Of a DNA stretch of 32,000 nucleotides, positions 26,863 to 32,000 are shown piece after piece. Within the stretch, counting starts at the first letter, position 1. The number at the start of each line of letters is the position of its first letter. The notes under the pieces were generated by a model that made no database searches, had not been told where the DNA came from, and saw nothing but the letters and a program-made list of their open reading frames with translations. The DNA lies in NCBI GenBank assembly GCA_964354495.1, contig CAYHAA010000002.1, positions 90,001 through 122,000 on the forward strand. Reading direction: 5' to 3'. The position numbers were made by a program, and so were the translations under genes. The stretch is from an uncultured archaeon. GTDB taxonomy: Archaea; Asgardarchaeota; Thorarchaeia; Thorarchaeales; Thorarchaeaceae.

Positions 26863-27936
26863 CTAGTCTTTCCAATCCAGAGTTTCAAAATCCCGCAACT
26901 TCTTCCACTGAGCAGCCCCGGCAATGGCAGCAATAATCAAGAGAGAAACCAGGAACACTGCGAAATTCTGATAGGCATTGAAGCTGTCAGCGAAGAACCA
27001 GAACCAGAGCGTCAGGACCACTAACCATGCGAAACCTATGCCAATTGAGAACCAGCTCTCTGGGCCTTCGCCTCTCACTCGTGCCCATGGAAGCCACAGA
27101 CCTAGAGCGAGCAATCCGAAGATCACGAAAGAGAGAAGGACTGTTCCAACATTCTGGTTTCCTGAGAACATCCCAGCAAAGAACCACATCCAGATGATGA
27201 TGAACACAACCCATAGAATGAATCCAATGGCTGAGAGCTTCACTCTCTTTTCAGCACCCTCTCCTGCCTCAACTTCAATTCTCATTTCTTTGCGCCATGG
27301 CAAAGCAACTATTCCTACCATCACAAGAAAGGATGTTAAGATCACTGCAACAGCGTGGTATGCGTCAAGTCCGAGGTCGTTCGCAAAAGGCAGGAACAGA
27401 ACCATGAACATAAGCCACCCAATGCCTCCAATCGCACTCACACGTGCCCCCCAGGCGTCGCCATGGCTTGGGACCCACAGCAGCACATTGAAAGCTCCTA
27501 CTGTCAGCAGCGATGCAAGAGCTATGCCAATGTTCTCATAGATGCCGAAGCCGCCAGAGAAGAAGATGATCCAAATGGCGAGAAACACTAACCAGATCAG
27601 TGCTCCAATTGCACTGGTCCTGGCTTTGATGCCTTCTCGATCTGATGGAATCCAGAGGATTGAGTTCAAAGCAACAACAACAAGTAGCGCCACAAATACA
27701 ACTGCAATATTCTCAAAGATGCCATATGCGCCTGCGAAAAAGAACAGCCACAGAATGAGAAATGCCATCCACACAATGAAGCTGCCCAGAGAGGCGTATG
27801 CCTTAAGCGTAGGCATTCTATGGCCATGCTTCTTCTCTGCTTTCTTTCTTATTTCATCTTCGAGGTCGAATGGCTCCTTCTCAGCATCATCAGATGGCTT
27901 TTCAGAAGGAGCATCATCTTCATTATTGGACTTCAT
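26863..27936 (-). CDS. Polytopic membrane protein built from five ~50-aa helical-hairpin repeats
   Basis: Repeating unit S.G...W..F...W..FF(A/S)..(F/Y)...(E/Q)N....L.S. Start refined to ATG 27936 (MKSNNEDD) with GGAG upstream. Confidence 0.85.
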   Translation of the reverse strand: MKSNNEDDAPSEKPSDDAEKEPFDLEDEIRKKAEKKHGHRMPTLKAYASLGSFIVWMAFLILWLFFFAGAYGIFENIAVVFVALLVVVALNSILWIPSDREGIKARTSAIGALIWLVFLAIWIIFFSGGFGIYENIGIALASLLTVGAFNVLLWVPSHGDAWGARVSAIGGIGWLMFMVLFLPFANDLGLDAYHAVAVILTSFLVMVGIVALPWRKEMRIEVEAGEGAEKRVKLSAIGFILWVVFIIIWMWFFAGMFSGNQNVGTVLLSFVIFGLLALGLWLPWARVRGEGPESWFSIGIGFAWLVVLTLWFWFFADSFNAYQNFAVFLVSLLIIAAIAGAAQWKKLRDFETLDWKD

Positions 27937-28067
27937 AAGTTCAACTCTCCAACCAATCTGGAACCTCTGTACGCGCAAGCCCCTTAAATCGCTTTGGAAT
28001 AGCACGGAGATTCCATTATCATGGCATATCCTACATAACAATAGTTAAATGAAGTTCTCTTGGGATT

Positions 28068-28556
28068 ATGGGGATGATGGAGGAGCGAAACGTGTCAGAA
28101 GAAAAAATGACGATTGAAGAATTCCACAAGAGAATGGCTATCAATACGAATAACGGCATCTGGCCTATCCTAGATAAATCAGCGCCCACGAAAGATGAGC
28201 TCGAAGAGGCACTTCATATGGCACACACGTCTCTCTATCATTGGAGTGAGGTGGGTCAGCCGATCAATATTGCGCGAGCAGAATACATGGTTTCACGAGT
28301 CTACTGTGCCTTCTCATGGGCAGAGCCTGCGCTCTATCACGCTCAGAGATGTCTCAAACTTACTGAGGAGATAGGAACTGGCGACTTCGACCTAGCTTTC
28401 GCATACGAAGTAATGACCCGGGCATATTCGGTGGCAGGAGAGAAAGCAAGGTGCAAGAAGTATCGAGCCCTCACGCAGAAGGCCACAGATGCAGTAAAGA
28501 ATGAAGAGGACCGTAAGATCTGCCAAGCGGAGCTTGATAAGATCAAATGCAGCTAG
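28068..28556 (+). CDS. Conserved hypothetical all-alpha (TPR-like) protein
   Basis: Helical pattern ARAEYMVSRVY...ALYHAQRCL...AFAYEVMTRAYSVAG. Function not recognised. Confidence 0.75.
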   Translation: MGMMEERNVSEEKMTIEEFHKRMAINTNNGIWPILDKSAPTKDELEEALHMAHTSLYHWSEVGQPINIARAEYMVSRVYCAFSWAEPALYHAQRCLKLTEEIGTGDFDLAFAYEVMTRAYSVAGEKARCKKYRALTQKATDAVKNEEDRKICQAELDKIKCS

Positions 28557-28611
28557 TCGCGCAACTTTCGCTTGCGGAGTTTTCATAAGGGCGCCTTGTA
28601 CCAAATCCACC

Positions 28612-29541
28612 ATGCGAAATATCCCGTATGTTCAGACAAGTGTATTTGTGGACGACAAGTATCCCTTTGGTGGGAATCAACTTGCCACCTTCTGGGATGC
28701 TACTCTCAACAAGCGACTAACTCTTGAGATGATGCAGGGGATTGCGCTTGAGCTCAATTTCTCGGAAACCACATTCCTAGAAGAACCGACAATCAAGGGG
28801 TGCGCTTCAAAGATTCGGATCTTCACTCCAGGCAGCGAACTTGAATTCGCAGGGCATCCAACTTTAGGCTCTTCTTTTGTAATGATGCACAAAGGAATCG
28901 TAGCAGCCTCGCAGAAGAGTGCAGTCGTGCAGCTTGGGATTGGCCCTATTCGTGTTGACTTTCAACCAGATAGTCATGTTAGGATGACACAACCGTCACC
29001 CACTTTCTTGGAGGAAGTAGAAGAAGCATCACCCATTACAAGCGCTCTTGGACTCGACCCCCTGGATGTTTCGGATGCTTTCCCCATACAGGTGGTTTCA
29101 ACCGGATTTCCATTTCTCATCGTTCCGCTGAAGAAGCTCTCTGCTGTGCAGAAGGCAGCGCCGAATGCCCAAATGATAATGAATAATCTTAAGGGCTTGC
29201 CAAGCTCAGAGGTCCTCATCTTCTCGACTGAAACTGTACATCCCAACAATGACGTGCACGCAAGAATGTTCGCGCCCGATGTTGGAGTTCTTGAGGACCC
29301 AGCAACAGGAAGTGCTGCAGGACCCTTGGGAGCATACCTCGAGAAGTATAATGTTCTAGACAAACATACCTTTGGTGAGTCCATACAGATAGAGCAGGGT
29401 TACGAGGTCAGAAGACCCAGCAAATTGACAGTGAAGGTACCTAGTGAAAAAATGGAAGAGGTATTCGTCTCGGGAAAAGTCAGGCTAGTTGCAGAAGGGA
29501 CATTGTTCCTTCCGCAAAAGATGTTGCCTCCCTCCGAATAA
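28612..29541 (+). CDS. PhzF family (diaminopimelate epimerase-like) isomerase
   Basis: FGGNQLA, ELNFSETTF, RIFTPGSELEFAGHPTLG, ARMFAP..GV.EDPATGSA. Start refined to ATG 28612. Confidence 0.93.
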   Translation: MRNIPYVQTSVFVDDKYPFGGNQLATFWDATLNKRLTLEMMQGIALELNFSETTFLEEPTIKGCASKIRIFTPGSELEFAGHPTLGSSFVMMHKGIVAASQKSAVVQLGIGPIRVDFQPDSHVRMTQPSPTFLEEVEEASPITSALGLDPLDVSDAFPIQVVSTGFPFLIVPLKKLSAVQKAAPNAQMIMNNLKGLPSSEVLIFSTETVHPNNDVHARMFAPDVGVLEDPATGSAAGPLGAYLEKYNVLDKHTFGESIQIEQGYEVRRPSKLTVKVPSEKMEEVFVSGKVRLVAEGTLFLPQKMLPPSE

Positions 29542-29570
29542 CCTTCATATGCTGGTTCACGCTTTTCAAC

Positions 29571-30131
29571 TTGGAGCTGCAAGACTTGACTACACGCAAT
29601 CCAATCTTTAAGGTAGCATTGATTGGAGAAGGTGGCGTCGGAAAGACAAGCCTAGCTGTACGTTACACTGAAGACCGATTCGACCAGCAGATGAAAATGA
29701 CGATTGGTGTGAACTTCGCTACCAAGAGAGTCAATGTCGCTGGTACTGACCTGACCCTCCTCATTTGGGACTTGGGCGGACAACCTAGATTCCAAGATGT
29801 GGTCATGGACTACTTCAAGGGTTCAAAACTAGGAATTGCGGTCTACGAGGTTAGCAGGTCTTTCACCATGTACAGGCTCGATAATTGGATTGCAAAGCTT
29901 CACAACAGTGTCCCCAACTGCGATATCTTTCTTGTAGGCAACAAGATCGATGAGCGTCTTCCGGGGATGGGAGTGACAAAAGAAGAGGCTCAGCAATTCG
30001 CGGATCAGTACCATGCTCAAGTCTTCGAAGTATCAGCAAAGACAGGGGAGGGTGTAAGCCAGATGTTCGAGGCAGCAGGCAAAGTTCTCTCAGAGCGAAG
30101 CACTAAAACTAGTTCCGGAGTTGAACACTGA
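29571..30131 (+). CDS. Rab/Ras-superfamily small GTPase
   Basis: G1 GEGGVGKT, G2 TIGVNF, G3 WDLGGQ, G4 GNKID, G5 VSAK. Confidence 0.95.
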   Translation: MELQDLTTRNPIFKVALIGEGGVGKTSLAVRYTEDRFDQQMKMTIGVNFATKRVNVAGTDLTLLIWDLGGQPRFQDVVMDYFKGSKLGIAVYEVSRSFTMYRLDNWIAKLHNSVPNCDIFLVGNKIDERLPGMGVTKEEAQQFADQYHAQVFEVSAKTGEGVSQMFEAAGKVLSERSTKTSSGVEH

Positions 30132-30162
30132 GTCAATCCTGAATCGATTTGTACGCAGTATC

Positions 30163-30170
30163 ATTAAATA
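30163..30170 (+). promoter_or_regulatory. Possible TATA box (ATTAAATA) upstream of the Zn-finger/longin genes
   Basis: AT-rich box in the 96-bp gap after the GTPase, 58 nt upstream of TTG 30228. Confidence 0.25.
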
Positions 30171-30227
30171 TCGCCTAGTATTCCTTAATCAAGGACCACT
30201 AGCAGATCGCAAGACGGAGACCTAGGC

Positions 30228-30488
30228 TTGGCAAAAGTGAAACTCAGACCGTTTGCTTGTCCCTCCTGTGGGCAAGGCAAACTGGTCTATGTGGAAGTCG
30301 ATGAATTGACTATCACAAGAGCGAAACGGTTTCCAACCATCGTGCAAGCCAAGTGTGGAAAGGGCCATCCTTTGGTTGTCTTTGTCGATGCGAACTTTCA
30401 AGTTCGAGATGTCGAAGCTTCAGCTGTGGCGACGGAAGAGGAAAAAGACGCAGTCGAGAAGACAAAGGGCTGGTTCGAGTCATTCTAG
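30228..30488 (+). CDS. Small Zn-finger-like protein (CxxC...CxxxH)
   Basis: FACPSCG and KCGKGH, followed by VVFVDANFQVRDVE. TTG start with GGAG upstream. Confidence 0.8.
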   Translation: MAKVKLRPFACPSCGQGKLVYVEVDELTITRAKRFPTIVQAKCGKGHPLVVFVDANFQVRDVEASAVATEEEKDAVEKTKGWFESF

Positions 30489-30653
30489 TCGTGAGATGCT
30501 ACGAGGTTCAAGAGGCAGTGGAAAACGAATGGCATGTGCCACTACGTGGGCATTTCGTTGCTTACGAATGGAAGTCTAGTGTTACGCTCGGACTCGAACA
30601 CGAAGCTCCATGGTGCAGACGTGGATAGCACATGGTAACGGGGACTAAACACG

Positions 30654-31088
30654 ATGTATGGAATCTTCGTCATCAATGATGCGGGTGAAACAATCGCTTC
30701 CGTAGGATGGGAGAACCTCGAAGGCGACACGGCACTTATTGGTGGATTTGTCTCGGCACTACAGATGTTCATCAAGAAGATTTCCGGAAACGAGATGAAC
30801 GAACTCCTTTTTGGCGAACTCAAGTTGCTTATCGGAAAAGCTGGAGACAACTATATTGTGACACTGCACTCGGTTGATGACAAAGAAGCCAAAGCCCACA
30901 ATCGAGAGGTCATCAAATTCGTCACTGAACGGGGTGACGAGATCGATGACGGTGTTCTCATCTTGGTCAACGAGATGATATCCGGTGAAACTACTCCTGA
31001 GGAAGAAGAGAAGGTGCGTCGCGGCGTACGCGAATGGACAAGCGGAGCAGGTACGGCTGCAAAAGAGTGGGGAAAGAAGGTGTTTTAG
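30654..31088 (+). CDS. Longin-like domain protein
   Basis: Pattern beta-beta (MYGIFVINDAGETIAS), alpha (LIGGFVSALQMFIKKI), beta-beta-beta (NELLF/KLLIG/YIVTL), alpha-alpha. This fits the longin fold of AP sigma/SRX/TRAPP-type proteins. Confidence 0.7.
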   Translation: MYGIFVINDAGETIASVGWENLEGDTALIGGFVSALQMFIKKISGNEMNELLFGELKLLIGKAGDNYIVTLHSVDDKEAKAHNREVIKFVTERGDEIDDGVLILVNEMISGETTPEEEEKVRRGVREWTSGAGTAAKEWGKKVF

Positions 31089-31100
31089 GAGGACAAGTTC

Positions 31101-32000
31101 ATGGAAGTATACGAGATAGCATATGTGTTTCTTGGACTGGCAACATTAGTGGCCGCTGGAACCATTATTAACTATAGTCACAAGAGATCCGTAGCATCTC
31201 CGGACCCTGAGATTAAGAAAGCCTTCAGACCGCTCTATATCTTCGCCATCGGTCTAATCGTTTTTGGAATTGGAGCTCTGCTTACATTCCTCGTGCGCAA
31301 CAATCAGATTTTCCCATGGGATGATACTTCTTTCGTCAGATTGCATAATCCGTACCTGAGATATTACACGATATTCTATGTATTCACTCTTGTTGAGTTG
31401 TTCTTCCTGACTATCGCAGCTGCGATGATTCTGAAACAATGGTTGATTTCTGTATTCATGGCCATTATGATTCTTATTGCGTTTCTTCTAATCTTCAATG
31501 CTGTTCTAATCGTCGAAGACATGAGAACAAGCAATGTGGCGGAATTCTATATCAATTTTGGTAACGTATTGAGTATAATTCTGCTATCTGCAAATGCTGC
31601 CCTTTTTTCATGGATAGCAAATGATACAAGAAGGAGCACTAGCATGGCATTGGGCTACGCTATGATTGTGCAAGTCCTAGCAGTTCCACGTTTCTATGCA
31701 ATACTGCCAACAGAACTGATATTCGCAATTACTGTCTTCGCACTTATGGGTCCAGCAATGATTGCTTTTGCGTTTCTGCGGCCGGACCAGAAGATATCAG
31801 TTGAACTCCTTGGTTATGGCGCCAGCTTTGCTGGGCCGGTTGTCATCTTCGCCAGTCTCATTTCGGCAGAACTTATCTCTAATCCCTTTATTGTTATTAT
31901 AGCAGTATTTGGAGCAATAGCTATTGCCTTGGCGACTGGAACAGCTTCATACGCCTATGGCAGGTGGAGAGAGACTCGTCAGCTGCCTACAGCATTACTG
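31101..32000 (+). CDS. Polytopic membrane protein, 3'-truncated by the window end (absent from the ORF track)
   Basis: ATG 31101 with GGAGGA upstream. 300 codons without a stop (MEVYEIAYVFLGLATLVAAGTII...YAYGRWRETRQLPTALL). About 8-9 hydrophobic segments. Confidence 0.9.
   Translation, partial: MEVYEIAYVFLGLATLVAAGTIINYSHKRSVASPDPEIKKAFRPLYIFAIGLIVFGIGALLTFLVRNNQIFPWDDTSFVRLHNPYLRYYTIFYVFTLVELFFLTIAAAMILKQWLISVFMAIMILIAFLLIFNAVLIVEDMRTSNVAEFYINFGNVLSIILLSANAALFSWIANDTRRSTSMALGYAMIVQVLAVPRFYAILPTELIFAITVFALMGPAMIAFAFLRPDQKISVELLGYGASFAGPVVIFASLISAELISNPFIVIIAVFGAIAIALATGTASYAYGRWRETRQLPTALL

Noticed and set aside
26978-28048. Two abutting same-frame antisense ORFs (187 + 168 aa) separated by one TAG
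   Set aside because: In this register, antisense stops arise mainly from Tyr/His/Gln codons, which are rare in the hydrophobic sense protein. The products are Thr/Asn/Lys/Pro-rich mirrors.
28501-28611. N-terminal extension of PhzF from ATG 28501
   Set aside because: It overlaps the upstream gene; family motifs begin right after ATG 28612.
30353-30628. 91-aa and 74-aa alternative-frame ORFs bridging the Zn-finger/longin gap
   Set aside because: They overlap the Zn-finger gene, have no SD or motif, and their Cys residues are not patterned.
31254-31439. 61-aa minus-strand ORF from the track
   Set aside because: Antisense to the uninterrupted plus-strand membrane protein frame 31101-32000.
1-32000. 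Selenocysteine (in-frame TGA) recoding in the Fe-S and redox genes
   Set aside because: The redox proteins have complete Cys motifs and TGA stops fall at natural C-termini. I recognised no SECIS.
1-32000. CRISPR arrays, tRNA/rRNA, transposases, integrases, defence genes
   Set aside because: I saw no regularly spaced repeats, cloverleaf or rRNA signatures, or recombinase motifs, and intergenic gaps are short (about 210 bp or less).

Overview
Gene-dense archaeal window with about 30 protein-coding genes; I found no rRNA, tRNA, CRISPR array or mobile element. Gene content points to an Asgard archaeon, most plausibly Thorarchaeia (inference from a Rab-like GTPase, longin-like, PCI-like and Zn-ribbon membrane proteins, and N-glycosylation-sequon-rich exported proteins). 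Left part (1-9.5 kb): 5'-truncated thiolase, a mycothione-reductase-like flavin disulfide reductase with a His-rich tail, two coupled Fe-S proteins, a polar amino-acid ABC transporter, and a convergent SCP2 / FAD-oxidoreductase / CCG-Fe-S operon. Middle: orphan multi-TM histidine kinase, 1101-aa GNAT fusion, DinB, M29 aminopeptidase, MFS, a frameshift-split surface glycoprotein, EamA, a PadR-methyltransferase-like fusion, SAM methyltransferase, TauE, GNAT, SDR, a 5-repeat membrane protein and PhzF. Right end (29.57-32 kb) is the best candidate for an undescribed system: co-oriented Rab-like GTPase, small Zn-finger protein, longin-like protein and a polytopic membrane protein that is absent from the ORF track and runs off the window. 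All family calls come from motif recognition by eye; no database search was run.
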